A stretch of 45,666 nt of DNA from Acidimicrobiales bacterium (GTDB lineage: Bacteria; Actinomycetota; Acidimicrobiia; Acidimicrobiales; GCA-2861595). Position numbers and translations under genes: made by a program. The notes beneath the pieces were generated by a model. The model saw only the letters and a program-made list of their open reading frames with translations. It ran no database searches and was not told the DNA's origin. Position 1 is the first letter of the stretch. Every line of letters starts with the position of its first letter. This document shows, one piece after another, positions 1 through 10,186 of this stretch. Location: NCBI GenBank assembly GCA_035540915.1, contig DATLFQ010000041.1, positions 1 to 45,666 on the forward strand, given 5' to 3'.

Positions 1-237
1 GCCGACACCGGTCGTCTCCCAGCTGGGCTCGACGAAGCCGGCCGTCTCCAGCCAGCGCAGGGCCCGGTAGATCCGGCCCGGGTTGCTGCGGTCGAAGCCC
101 ATGGGCTCCAGGCGGGTCAGCAGGTCGTAGCCGTGACCGGGGGCCTCGTCCAGCAGCAGCAGGAGGCAGGCCCGGATGATGCCGCGTCGGGACGCCAGCT
201 GGTCCTCGAGCCGGGAGGTGACGTTGGCCTCCGTCAT
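1..237 (-). CDS. PadR family transcriptional regulator (N-terminal part; C-terminus lies beyond window edge)
   Basis: Not in the ORF track because it runs off the window edge. Hand translation from ATG 237..235 gives MTEANVTSRLEDQLASRRGIIRACLLLLLDEAPGHGYDLLTRLEPMGFDRSNPGRIYRALRWLETAGFVEPSWETTGVG. This carries the PadR winged-helix signature (GHGYDL, G-IY-AL-LE-G-V-W). The frame stays open to position 1. Confidence 0.7.
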   Translation of the reverse strand, partial: MTEANVTSRLEDQLASRRGIIRACLLLLLDEAPGHGYDLLTRLEPMGFDRSNPGRIYRALRWLETAGFVEPSWETTGVG

Positions 238-347
238 CACCGCAGGGGTGCCGCGGACAGTGGGCCGGGCGCTGCGGTAGTCATCGAGGACCACCGGCTG
301 GGGGATGAGGGGAAACGGGGCATCAGCCATACTGTCACCGTACGAGT

Positions 348-362
348 TGGCCCTAAGGGCCA
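348..362. promoter_or_regulatory. 15-nt perfect palindrome TGGCCCTAAGGGCCA, candidate operator upstream of padR
   Basis: Read directly: TGGCCCT-A-AGGGCCA. It lies in the 234-nt mgtC-padR spacer, about 110 nt upstream of the padR start. A 1-nt centre argues for a protein-binding site rather than a hairpin. Confidence 0.25.
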
Positions 363-471
363 GGTCAAGTACCTTCGTGTCGCACCGGCGCTCGGTCGCC
401 GACGACGCATGGGTTCGCCTTTCCCCTTCGTGCGGAAGCCCACCTGGCTGCCCCTGCTGCTCGGACCGAGG

Positions 472-1188
472 CTACGTCACTTCGAGGCTGGACACGTCCG
501 GCCTATCGGCCAATGGGGCCACAAGCGCCTCGAGGTCGGCTCCACGCTTGCCGCGCACCTGCGCCCGCACCACCGTGGCGCCGTCGCTGTCACCCACTTT
601 CAGGGAACCGAGCCGCACGCCCTCGAGCGCGCACAGGGCGCTGATGACGTCCGAGGCCTCGGCGCCCTCGCTCAGGTGGACGAGCACGCTGTCCCGCTCG
701 CGGCCGAACCGGCTCGTCGCCCAGCGGCCCGGGGCCCGCAGACCGACGAGGGCGACGAGCAGCGCGCCGGTGGTGACCAGCGTGGCGAAGTAGCTGCCCA
801 ACGCGCAGCCCAGCCCGATGGCGGCGGTCACCCACAAGCTGGCCGCCGTGGTGAGGCCCCGGACGGTGGCGCCGTACTTGAGGATGGCACCACCACCGAG
901 GAACCCGACTCCGGTGACGATGTTGGACGCCACTCGCGTGGGGTCGACCTGGAAGTTGGTCTCGGACCGCAGGGCGTCGAACCCGGCGAAGCCGTACCCG
1001 CCGGCGATGCCGAACAGGGCCGCTCCCAGCGCCACGCTCACGTGGGTGCGCAGCCCGGCCGGGTGGTCGTTGACCTCGCGCTCGAGGCCGACGAGGCCAC
1101 CGAGGAGCGCGGCCAGGAGGATGCGGCCCCCCAGCTCGAGCCTGGAGGGCAGGTCGATGGCCGCCAGGACGGCGATTGCGGTGTTCAC
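472..1188 (-). CDS. mgtC: MgtC/SapB family membrane protein with C-terminal ACT-like domain
   Basis: These are the last 238 aa of ORF 472..1593. They show a hydrophobic MgtC core (LGGLVGLEREVNDHPAGLRTH, GVGFLGGGAIL) and a soluble C-terminal domain. The start is set to GTG 1188..1186, which overlaps the pcrA stop TGA 1187..1185 (GTGA). The upstream 135 aa of the listed ORF is Arg/Gly/Pro-rich and overlaps pcrA. Confidence 0.8.
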   Translation of the reverse strand: MNTAIAVLAAIDLPSRLELGGRILLAALLGGLVGLEREVNDHPAGLRTHVSVALGAALFGIAGGYGFAGFDALRSETNFQVDPTRVASNIVTGVGFLGGGAILKYGATVRGLTTAASLWVTAAIGLGCALGSYFATLVTTGALLVALVGLRAPGRWATSRFGRERDSVLVHLSEGAEASDVISALCALEGVRLGSLKVGDSDGATVVRAQVRGKRGADLEALVAPLADRPDVSSLEVT

Positions 1189-3407
1189 GGCCTCTTGAGT
1201 GGAGCGAAAGCGAGCGCCAGGCGCTTCTCCCCCAACCCGGGGAACCGCACGACCGCCTCGGCGTCGTCGCCGGCGCCGTAGACCTCCAGCACCACCCCCT
1301 CGCCCCACTTGGCGTGGACGACGTCGTCGCCGGCCCGCAGGCCCAGCGCCTCGGCGCCCGCACCGCTGCGGACCGGCCGGGCCGGCTCCTTGGCGTCGCG
1401 CAGGATGGCGTCGACCACCTCGCGCCGGCGGGCCTGGCCGCCAAAGCCGCCACCACCCCCACTCCCGGCCCCGCCGCTGCGGCCGGCCGACCGGCGGTAG
1501 CCACCGTCGGCAAGGACGGTCAGCTCCTCGGGGATCTCGGCCAGGAAGCGGCTCGGCGGGTTGTACTGCGTCGAGCCCCACAGGGTCCGGCACCAGGCGT
1601 GGCTGAGGTGCAGCCGCCGCTGGGCCCGGGTGATGCCGACGTAGCAGAGCCGGCGCTCCTCCTCCAGCTCGTCGGGGTCGCTGAGGGCGCGCAGGTGCGG
1701 GAACACCCCGTCCTCCAGTCCGACCAGGAACACCGACGGGTACTCCAGGCCCTTGGCCGTGTGCAGCGTCATCAGCACGACCTTTGACTCGTCACCGTCG
1801 ACCTGGTCGGCGTCGGCCACCAGGCTCACCGATTCCAGGAAAGCGTCCAGCTCGTGGTACTCGGCCGCCATGCCCAGCAGCTCGCCGACGTTCTCGACCC
1901 GGCCCACCGCCTCGAGGCTGCGCTCGGCCTCCAGCTCGGCGACGTAACCGGTGCGCTCGATGACCGCCTCCAACACGTCGTGCGGCGTGGCGCCGGCCGC
2001 CACCCGCTCGCGCAGCTCGCCGAGCACGGCGAGCAGGTCGGCGATCCCGCCGAGCGCCCGGCCGGTCACCCCGGCGCGCTCGGCGGCAGCGAGGGCGTCG
2101 GCGAACGTCAGCGACTGGCCCGCCGCCCACCGGTCCAGCCGGCCGATGCTGGTGTCCCCGACGCCTCGCTTGGGCACGTTGACCACCCGTTTGAGCGACA
2201 CCTCGTCCAGCGGGTTGGCCACCGCCCGGAGGTAGGCCAGCAGGTCCTTGACCTCCTTGCGGTCGAAGAACCGGGTGCCCCCCACGACGGTGTAGGGGAT
2301 GTCGGCCCGCACCAGCGCCTCCTCCACCACCCGGCTCTGGGCGTTGGTGCGGTAGAAGACGGCCAGGTCGCCCCACGAGCAACCCCGGCGCCGCAGGGCG
2401 CGCATCTGCTGCGCCACCCACGCCGCCTCGTCGTGCTCGTCCTGGGCGTGGTAGCGCTGGATCAGCTCGCCGCCGACCTGTTCGGTCCACAGCGCCTTGG
2501 GCTTGCGCATGGCGTTGTTGGCGATGACGGCGTTGGCGGCGTCGAGAATGGTCTGGCTGGATCGGTAGTTCTGCTCCAGCACCACCGTGGCAGCGTCGGG
2601 GAACGCCTCCTCGAACTCCAAGATGTTGCGTATGTCGGCGCCCCGGAAGCGGTACACGGACTGGTCCGAGTCGCCCACGACGCAGACGTTGCGGTGCTCG
2701 CCGCCGAGCAGCATGACGAACTCGTTCTGCGCCCGGTTGGTGTCCTGGTACTCGTCGACGAGAATGTGGCGGAATCGCTGTCGGTACGACGCCAGCACGT
2801 CCGGCTGTGACCGCAGCAGCTCGACGGCGACCATCAGCAGGTCGTCGAAGTCCATGGCGCTGGCCGCCCGCAGCCGCTGCTGGTACTCCCGGTAGACGTC
2901 GGCGATGTGGCGGTCGTAGGGGCTGCGGGCCCGCTCGGCGAAGGCCTCGACCCCGACCAGCTCGTTCTTGGCCGTGCTGATGACGCCGTGCACGGCCCGG
3001 GGCGGCAGCTTCTTGGGGTCGAGGTCGAGGTCCCGCAGCACGTAGCCGGTGAGCCGGTGGGCGTCGGCCTGGTCGTAGATGGTGAACGAGGACCGGTACC
3101 CCAGCCGGTCGGCGTCGCGGCGCAGGATGCGGACACAGGCCGAGTGGAAGGTCGACACCCACATGCGCTCGGCCACCGGGCCGACGAGCGCGGCTACCCG
3201 CTGCTTCATCTCGTCGGCCGCCTTGTTGGTGAAGGTGATGGCCAGGATGGCGAAGGGCGAAACGCCCCGTTCGATCAGGTGGGCCACCCGGTGCGTGAGC
3301 ACACGGGTCTTGCCCGAGCCGGCTCCGGCGACGATCAGCAGCGGTCCCTCGCCGTGCAGGACGGCCTCCTGCTGGACCGGGTTGAGGCCAGCCAGCAGGT
3401 CCGCCAT
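1185..3407 (-). CDS. pcrA: ATP-dependent DNA helicase PcrA/UvrD family
   Basis: 740 aa. The N-terminus reads LNPVQQEAV...LLIVAGAGSGKTRVLTHR (Walker A). Also present are DEYQDTN, the TLHTAKGLEYPSVFL motif, and the typical C-terminal GDDVVHAKWGEGVV domain. Confidence 0.95.
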   Translation of the reverse strand: MADLLAGLNPVQQEAVLHGEGPLLIVAGAGSGKTRVLTHRVAHLIERGVSPFAILAITFTNKAADEMKQRVAALVGPVAERMWVSTFHSACVRILRRDADRLGYRSSFTIYDQADAHRLTGYVLRDLDLDPKKLPPRAVHGVISTAKNELVGVEAFAERARSPYDRHIADVYREYQQRLRAASAMDFDDLLMVAVELLRSQPDVLASYRQRFRHILVDEYQDTNRAQNEFVMLLGGEHRNVCVVGDSDQSVYRFRGADIRNILEFEEAFPDAATVVLEQNYRSSQTILDAANAVIANNAMRKPKALWTEQVGGELIQRYHAQDEHDEAAWVAQQMRALRRRGCSWGDLAVFYRTNAQSRVVEEALVRADIPYTVVGGTRFFDRKEVKDLLAYLRAVANPLDEVSLKRVVNVPKRGVGDTSIGRLDRWAAGQSLTFADALAAAERAGVTGRALGGIADLLAVLGELRERVAAGATPHDVLEAVIERTGYVAELEAERSLEAVGRVENVGELLGMAAEYHELDAFLESVSLVADADQVDGDESKVVLMTLHTAKGLEYPSVFLVGLEDGVFPHLRALSDPDELEEERRLCYVGITRAQRRLHLSHAWCRTLWGSTQYNPPSRFLAEIPEELTVLADGGYRRSAGRSGGAGSGGGGGFGGQARRREVVDAILRDAKEPARPVRSGAGAEALGLRAGDDVVHAKWGEGVVLEVYGAGDDAEAVVRFPGLGEKRLALAFAPLKRP

Positions 3408-3460
3408 GGGTGGACCAGGCTACCGGCGCGTCGGCGACGGGGGCAGGAGGCGGCTGGTGT

Positions 3461-3806
3461 TCAGGCGCTGTTCCCGCCGACGATCTCGTCGAGGATGAAG
3501 ACAAGCAACGAGGCTTGCGTCGGATCGCCCTCAAGGACCTGATAACGGGACCGGTACTCGACAGGAAGGGTAGCTGATGACACCGCGGCCCAGGCGGCGT
3601 TGAGTTCCCTCATCAGCCGATCCGCTTCCGCCTGCACGTCCGGTGGTGCACCCTGATGTCGGTCGGGATGGAGGACCTGCGCACGCCGGAGAAAAGGCAC
3701 GTCGCGCTTCGGCCATGGAGGCGGATTCGTCGATGCCCAGAGTCGCCCAGCCGTCCACGCCGATGCACTGTTGTCGATCGAAGAAGCTCCGCAACACGAA
3801 CCTCAA
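3461..3806 (-). pseudogene. Small J-domain (DnaJ-like) protein split by a frameshift
   Basis: Frame A (ORF 3531..3806) gives ...VDGWATLGIDESASMAEARRAFS. Frame B (ORF 3461..3700) gives PFLRRAQVLHPDRHQGAPPDVQAEADRLMRELNAAWAAVS. Joined at the T4 run (plus-strand aaaa 3692..3695) they form one J-domain (LGI..A....RRAFLRRAQVLHPD). Removing one T restores the frame. GC3 is lower than in neighbouring genes. Confidence 0.55.
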
Positions 3807-3862
3807 ATCGCTCGAATACCGATGCCATCTGCTCAGATATCCTCCTGTATCGAACGTATGTT

Positions 3863-3871
3863 TGGTACGCT
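3863..3871 (+). promoter_or_regulatory. Possible extended -10 element (TGgTACGCT) giving a leaderless HNH transcript
   Basis: TGG TACGCT lies at 3863..3871 in the only about 50% GC stretch of the window. It ends 7 nt before GTG 3878. No Shine-Dalgarno sequence is visible before that GTG. Confidence 0.25.
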
Positions 3872-3877
3872 GTCCCT

Positions 3878-5629
3878 GTGCCCGAGGTGCCCGCCACTGA
3901 ACAGGAAGTGGCCCGCCTGGAGGTCGAGATCGCCAAGGTCTGCGGTGTGATCAACGCCGCCACCGGGCGGCTGGTGTCGCTGATCAGCGAGGTGCTGGCC
4001 GCCGGTGCGTGGGAGGGGGCCGGCATCGTCTCGCCTGCGCACTGGGTGGCCTGGCGCTGCGGCGTGTCGTCTTCCCGGGCCCGGGCACTGGTGTCCATGG
4101 CCGCCCGGCTGGCTGAACTGCCCGCCACCCGGGCCGCCCTGCAGGCGGGGTCGCTGAGCGAAGACCAGGCCAAGCTGGTGTGCCGTCACGCCAGCGCTGC
4201 CACCGACGCGGAGATGGCCGGGTTCGCGCGGCAGGCCACCGTCAGCCAGCTGACCCGCACGCTCGGCAGCTACCGGCGCGAGGACGACCCGGTCACGACC
4301 CGGCCGGTCGAGGACAGCGGGGGCGCTCCGGAGGAGGTGCGCACCGTCAGCTTCGGCTACGACGACGACGGCACCTGGCGGCTGTCAGCCCACCTTCCCC
4401 CCGACCAGGGCGCCCTGGTGGAACAGGCGCTGGTCGAGCGCCGTGACGGGCTGTTCCACAGCGGCGAGTCCGAGGAGGCGTCGGCCGCCCGGGTCAGCTG
4501 GGCCGACGCCCTGGTGGGCGTGGCCGAGGCGTCTCTGGCCGGGGCCGCCGAGTCCCGCCCCCACCGCGAGCGCCACCAGTTCCTGGTTCACCTGAGCGTC
4601 GGCGACGGTCAGGGCGCCCACGTACACGGCGGGCCGGCCCTGCCCGACAGCCTGCGCCGCCTGCTGGGGTGCGACGGGTCGGCCAAGCCGGTGTGGGAGC
4701 GCCATGGTGTGGCCCTCAGCGTGGGACGAGCCCAGCGCATCGTCCCGGCGCGCACCCGCATCGCCGTGGAGGAGCGTGATCGGGGCTGCGTGGCGCCGGG
4801 GTGCGACCGCCGCCGCTGGCTGCAGGTCCGCCACCTGGTGCACTGGGAGGACGGCGGGCCCACCGACACCGCCAATTTGGTGTGCCTCTGCGGCGCCCAC
4901 CATCGAGCCCACCACCGGGGCCTGCTGGGCATCGAAGGCAACGCCGACCGGCGCGGCGGACTCGTCTTCACCGACCAGCGGGGCCGGGTGGTGGCCGGAT
5001 GTGGCCGCCCCGACCCGCCGGGCGACCCGCCCGAACAACCCGCCGCACGCCTCGCCGTCCCGACCGGCAACTGGGTGCACCCGTCCAGAGAACGGGTCGA
5101 CCGGCGCTGGGTCTACTTCAACGAACCGGCTCCGGCTAGGTCACTCCCACTCGATGGTGCCGGGGGGCTTGGAGGTGATGTCGAGGGCGACCCGGTTGAC
5201 GCCGGGCACCTCGTTGATGATGCGGGTCGAGAGGCGCTCCAGCACGTCGGCCGGCAGCCGCGCCCAGTCGGCCGTCATGGCGTCCTCGGAGGTGACGGCC
5301 CGGATGACGACGGGATAGGCGTAGGTGCGCTCGTCGCCCATGACGCCCACGCTGCGGACGGCGACCAGCACGGCGAAGCTCTGCCACAGCTCCCGGTACA
5401 GCCCGGCCCGCTTGACCTCCTCGGTGACGATGGCGTCGGCGGCCCGCAGGATGCCCAGGCGCTCGGGGGTGACCTCACCGACGATGCGCACGGCCAGGCC
5501 CGGACCGGGGAACGGCTGGCGCCACACGATCTCCTCGGGCAGGCCCAGCTCCTCGCCGACGGCCCGCACCTCGTCCTTGAACAGGTTGCGCAGCGGCTCG
5601 ACCAGCTCGAAGTCCATGTCGTCGGGTAG
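3878..5629 (+). CDS. DUF222 + HNH endonuclease (13E12-repeat-type); recognisable homology ends near 5130, but the frame has no stop until 5629
   Basis: This is part of ORF 3656..5629. The DUF222-like N-terminus reads [71 protein letters not shown]. The HNH box reads [45 protein letters not shown]. The family-typical C-terminus reads [19 protein letters not shown]. The start is set to the first in-frame GTG (3878) after the low-GC promoter-like stretch. The last ~165 codons are antisense to guaA and rich in Gly/Asp/Leu. Confidence 0.7.
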   Translation: MPEVPATEQEVARLEVEIAKVCGVINAATGRLVSLISEVLAAGAWEGAGIVSPAHWVAWRCGVSSSRARALVSMAARLAELPATRAALQAGSLSEDQAKLVCRHASAATDAEMAGFARQATVSQLTRTLGSYRREDDPVTTRPVEDSGGAPEEVRTVSFGYDDDGTWRLSAHLPPDQGALVEQALVERRDGLFHSGESEEASAARVSWADALVGVAEASLAGAAESRPHRERHQFLVHLSVGDGQGAHVHGGPALPDSLRRLLGCDGSAKPVWERHGVALSVGRAQRIVPARTRIAVEERDRGCVAPGCDRRRWLQVRHLVHWEDGGPTDTANLVCLCGAHHRAHHRGLLGIEGNADRRGGLVFTDQRGRVVAGCGRPDPPGDPPEQPAARLAVPTGNWVHPSRERVDRRWVYFNEPAPARSLPLDGAGGLGGDVEGDPVDAGHLVDDAGREALQHVGRQPRPVGRHGVLGGDGPDDDGIGVGALVAHDAHAADGDQHGEALPQLPVQPGPLDLLGDDGVGGPQDAQALGGDLTDDAHGQARTGERLAPHDLLGQAQLLADGPHLVLEQVAQRLDQLEVHVVG

Positions 5630-6688
5630 GCCGCCGACGTTGTGGTGGCTCTTGATGCGGGCGGCATCCTTGGTGCCCGACTCGATGATGTCGGGGTACA
5701 GCGTGCCCTGGACCAAAAAGCGGGCGTCCTGCAGGTCCCGGGCCACCTCCTCGAAGACGCGGATGAAGGTGGCACCGATGATCTTGCGCTTGGCCTCGGG
5801 GTCGGTGACGCCGGCCAGGGCCTCGACGAAGCGGTCGGCCGCCTTGACGTGGATCAGGTCAACCTCGAACTGGCGGCGGAAGGTGTCCTCCACCTGCTCG
5901 GCCTCGCCGGCCCGCATCAGCCCCGTGTCGACGAAGACGCAGGTGAGCTGGTCGCCGACCGCCTTGTGCACGATCGCGGCGGCCACCGCCGAGTCGACCC
6001 CTCCCGACAGCCCGCACAGCACCTTGGCCCCGCCCACCTGCCGGCGGATGGCGGCCACCGAACGGTCGATGACCGAGGTCATGGTCCAGCTCGGGCGGCA
6101 GCCGGCCACGTCGTAGAGGAAGTTCTTCAACAGCTCCTGGCCCCTCGGCGTGTGGGCCACCTCGGGGTGGAACTGCACGCCGTAGACCCGGCGCTGGGAA
6201 TCCTCGAGGGCGGCCACCGGCGCCTCGGCCGTGGACGCCACCACCCGGAACCCGGGCGGAGCCTCGACGATCGAGTCGCCGTGGCTCATCCACACCTCCT
6301 GCTCCAGCGGCAGCTCGGCGAACAGCGCCGACCCGCCGGCCACCGCCAGCGCGGTGCGCCCGTACTCGCCCCGGCCGGTGCGGGCCACCTCGCCGCCCAG
6401 CTGCTGGGCCACCAGCTGCGCGCCGTAGCAGATGCCGAGAACCGGGGCCCCGGCATCGAAGACGGCGGGGTCGATGCCCGGAGCCCCGGCCGCGTGCACC
6501 GACTTCGGACCGCCGGACAGGATGATGGCCGCCGGCCGGCGCGCCACCATCTCGGCCACCGGCATCGTGTGCGGCACGATCTCGGAGTAGACGTGCGCCT
6601 CGCGCACCCGCCGGGCGATGAGCTGCGCGTACTGGGCGCCGAAATCGACCACCAGCACCGTGTCGAACGGCGCCGTGCCCGTGGCCAT
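5141..6688 (-). CDS. guaA: GMP synthase (glutamine-hydrolysing)
   Basis: 515 aa. It has a GATase-1 domain (LGICYGAQL), a PP-loop ([11 protein letters not shown]) and the canonical C-terminus [13 protein letters not shown]. Confidence 0.97.
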   Translation of the reverse strand: MATGTAPFDTVLVVDFGAQYAQLIARRVREAHVYSEIVPHTMPVAEMVARRPAAIILSGGPKSVHAAGAPGIDPAVFDAGAPVLGICYGAQLVAQQLGGEVARTGRGEYGRTALAVAGGSALFAELPLEQEVWMSHGDSIVEAPPGFRVVASTAEAPVAALEDSQRRVYGVQFHPEVAHTPRGQELLKNFLYDVAGCRPSWTMTSVIDRSVAAIRRQVGGAKVLCGLSGGVDSAVAAAIVHKAVGDQLTCVFVDTGLMRAGEAEQVEDTFRRQFEVDLIHVKAADRFVEALAGVTDPEAKRKIIGATFIRVFEEVARDLQDARFLVQGTLYPDIIESGTKDAARIKSHHNVGGLPDDMDFELVEPLRNLFKDEVRAVGEELGLPEEIVWRQPFPGPGLAVRIVGEVTPERLGILRAADAIVTEEVKRAGLYRELWQSFAVLVAVRSVGVMGDERTYAYPVVIRAVTSEDAMTADWARLPADVLERLSTRIINEVPGVNRVALDITSKPPGTIEWE

Positions 6689-6693
6689 CGGCG

Positions 6694-7857
6694 TCAGTGC
6701 CCCATGCCGACGCCCTGCGAGCGCTGGAAGAACTTCCCCTCGGTCTGCAGGGCCGGGGCCACCATCACCTCGGCCTTCTGGAACTCCTTCACGGTCTCGC
6801 TGCCGCAGGTGGCCATGGAGGTGCGCAGCGCGCCGAACAGGTTCATGCGGCCGTCGTTCTCGTGGGCCGGGCCGACCAGGATCTCGCGCAGGCTGCCCCG
6901 GACCTCGGTGCGCACCCGGGCGCCCCGGGGCAGGGTCGGATGGAAGGTGGCCATCCCCCAGTGGTAGCCACGGCCTGGCGCCTCGTGGGCTGAGGTGAGA
7001 GGTGAGCCGATCATCACCGCGTCGGCGCCGCAGGCGATGGCCTTGGCGATGTCGCCGCCCCTGCTCATGCCACCGTCGGCGATCACGTGCACGTAGACGC
7101 CGGTCTCGTCGAGGTGGCGCATGCGGGCGCCGGCCGCGTCGGCGATGGCGGTGGCCTGGGGAACGCCGACGCCGAGCACCCCGCGGGTGGTGCAGGCATT
7201 GCCGGGCCCCACGCCGACCAGCACGCCGACCGCCCCGGTGCGCATGAGCTGGATGGCGCCCTTGTAGGAGGCGCAGCCGCCGACGATGACCGGCGTCTCC
7301 AGCTCGCGGATGAAGCGCTTGAGGTTCAGCGGCTCGGTCGTGCGGGACACGTGCTCGGCCGACACGACCGTTCCCTGGATCACCAACAGGTCAAGCTCGG
7401 CGGCGGTGACGGCGGCGGCGAACTGCTGGACCCGCTGGGGGGTAAGCGAGGCGCACGACACCACGCCGGCGTCGCGGATCTCCCGGATGCGCTGGGTGAC
7501 CAGCTCGGGCTTGATCGGCTCGGCATAGATCTGCTGCATCCGGGCCGTGGCCTTGTCGTTGTCGAGCTGGGCGATCTCCTCGAACAGGGGCTCGGGGTCC
7601 TCGTAGCGGGCCCACAGGCCCTCGAGGTTGAGCACGCCGACGCCGCCCAGGCGCCCGACCTCGATGGCCGTGGCCGGGCTGACGACCCCGTCCATGGCGG
7701 CCGCCATGCAGGGCAGGTCGAAGCGGAAGGCGTCGATCTCCCAGGAGATGTCGACGTCCTCGGGATCGCGGGTGCGCCGGCTCGGCACGATGGCGATGTC
7801 GTCGAACCCGTAGGCCCGCCGCCCGGACTTCCCGATGCCGATCTCGACCTCAGCCAC
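6694..7857 (-). CDS. guaB3: GuaB3-type IMP dehydrogenase-related protein
   Basis: 387 aa. The N-terminus (V)[34 protein letters not shown] and the TIM-barrel motifs ([27 protein letters not shown]) match GuaB3. It lacks CBS domains. GTG start at 7857. Confidence 0.88.
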   Translation of the reverse strand: MAEVEIGIGKSGRRAYGFDDIAIVPSRRTRDPEDVDISWEIDAFRFDLPCMAAAMDGVVSPATAIEVGRLGGVGVLNLEGLWARYEDPEPLFEEIAQLDNDKATARMQQIYAEPIKPELVTQRIREIRDAGVVSCASLTPQRVQQFAAAVTAAELDLLVIQGTVVSAEHVSRTTEPLNLKRFIRELETPVIVGGCASYKGAIQLMRTGAVGVLVGVGPGNACTTRGVLGVGVPQATAIADAAGARMRHLDETGVYVHVIADGGMSRGGDIAKAIACGADAVMIGSPLTSAHEAPGRGYHWGMATFHPTLPRGARVRTEVRGSLREILVGPAHENDGRMNLFGALRTSMATCGSETVKEFQKAEVMVAPALQTEGKFFQRSQGVGMGH

Positions 7858-8072
7858 GTGGCCGCACCCCTTCCTGGGCGCCGAAAGAGGGAAGTCTACT
7901 TTCCTGCGCCGCCCGGTCCCGGGAGGCCGGCTCCCGGCCCGGGTCCCATTGCCGACGAACCGCTCCAGCCGGCGCCGTTTGTGACCGATGGAACCGTATG
8001 GGACCCCAGCCCGGCGCCTCGTGGGACCACAGACCAGGGCGTGCGGACGGAGCCCGCGGAGAGGAGCCGACG

Positions 8073-8276
8073 ATGACGAAGGCGCAACTGCAGAGCATCC
8101 GGCAGCTGGAGGGGCACACCGTGTGCCTGGCCCTCGACGGCGGAACCCGCATCGATGACGCCTACCTGGTCTCCGCCGGCCGGGGCGGGACGGCGACGCT
8201 GTGGATCTACTCCGACCAGGCCGACGTCATCGTCGACGCCGACCGGGTCCTGGAGGTCTGGCCCCGCACCGCCTGA
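8073..8276 (+). CDS. Hypothetical small protein (67 aa)
   Basis: ATG 8073 is preceded by GGAGAGGAG (8058..8066). GC3 is high after the ATG and lower before it. The translation is MTKAQLQSIRQLEGHTVCLALDGGTRIDDAYLVSAGRGGTATLWIYSDQADVIVDADRVLEVWPRTA. I recognise no family. Confidence 0.5.
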   Translation: MTKAQLQSIRQLEGHTVCLALDGGTRIDDAYLVSAGRGGTATLWIYSDQADVIVDADRVLEVWPRTA

Positions 8277-8298
8277 GCAGCTCAGGGGCGTCACGCCC
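8272..8298. terminator. Palindrome plus short GC hairpin between two convergent small ORFs
   Basis: CCTGAGCAGCTCAGG lies at 8272..8286 and GGGCG-TCA-CGCCC at 8286..8298, between the stop at 8276 (+) and the stop at 8301 (-). There is no U-tract. Confidence 0.25.
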
Positions 8299-8300
8299 GC

Positions 8301-8468
8301 TCAGCCGGCGGTCAGCTCCTGGCGAGCCCGCACGGTGGACTCCAGGAGGTCCCGGAGCCCACCGCGCTTCAACTCGGACATCACCTTGCCGGGCGGCAGG
8401 GTGCCCTTCTCCCAAGCCATCCACGAGGCCAGCAGGGCCTCGGGGTCGACCGGGGGGCGCTCGTCCAC
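8301..8468 (-). CDS. Hypothetical small protein (55 aa) immediately downstream of groEL
   Basis: This is the C-terminal part of ORF 8301..8834. GTG 8468..8466 lies 2 nt after the groEL stop. The translation is VDERPPVDPEALLASWMAWEKGTLPPGKVMSELKRGGLRDLLESTVRARQELTAG. It has protein-like composition and nearly all G/C third positions. The rest of the listed ORF overlaps groEL out of frame. Confidence 0.45.
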   Translation of the reverse strand: MDERPPVDPEALLASWMAWEKGTLPPGKVMSELKRGGLRDLLESTVRARQELTAG

Positions 8469-8470
8469 CC

Positions 8471-10186
<1,716 letters not shown>

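Noticed and set aside
133-1593. 382-aa plus-strand ORF and the long N-terminal extension of the mgtC ORF
   Set aside because: The plus-strand ORF is antisense to mgtC. The mgtC extension overlaps the pcrA C-terminus out of frame. MgtC homology begins at GTG 1188.
1185-5629. Defence-island reading (UvrD-like helicase + HNH nuclease + J-domain)
   Set aside because: The helicase has full housekeeping PcrA features and is coupled to mgtC. The HNH gene is on the opposite strand and is of the DUF222/13E12 type. The J-domain gene is broken. There is no operonic linkage.
7998-8072. ATG 7998 as start of the 67-aa ORF (92-aa version)
   Set aside because: The upstream 25 codons have many A-ending codons (gga, aga, cca), unlike real genes here. 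The strong ribosome-binding site GGAGAGGAG sits just before ATG 8073.
8073-8468. Toxin-antitoxin pair interpretation of the two small ORFs
   Set aside because: The genes are convergent, not co-transcribed. Neither shows a recognisable toxin or antitoxin motif.
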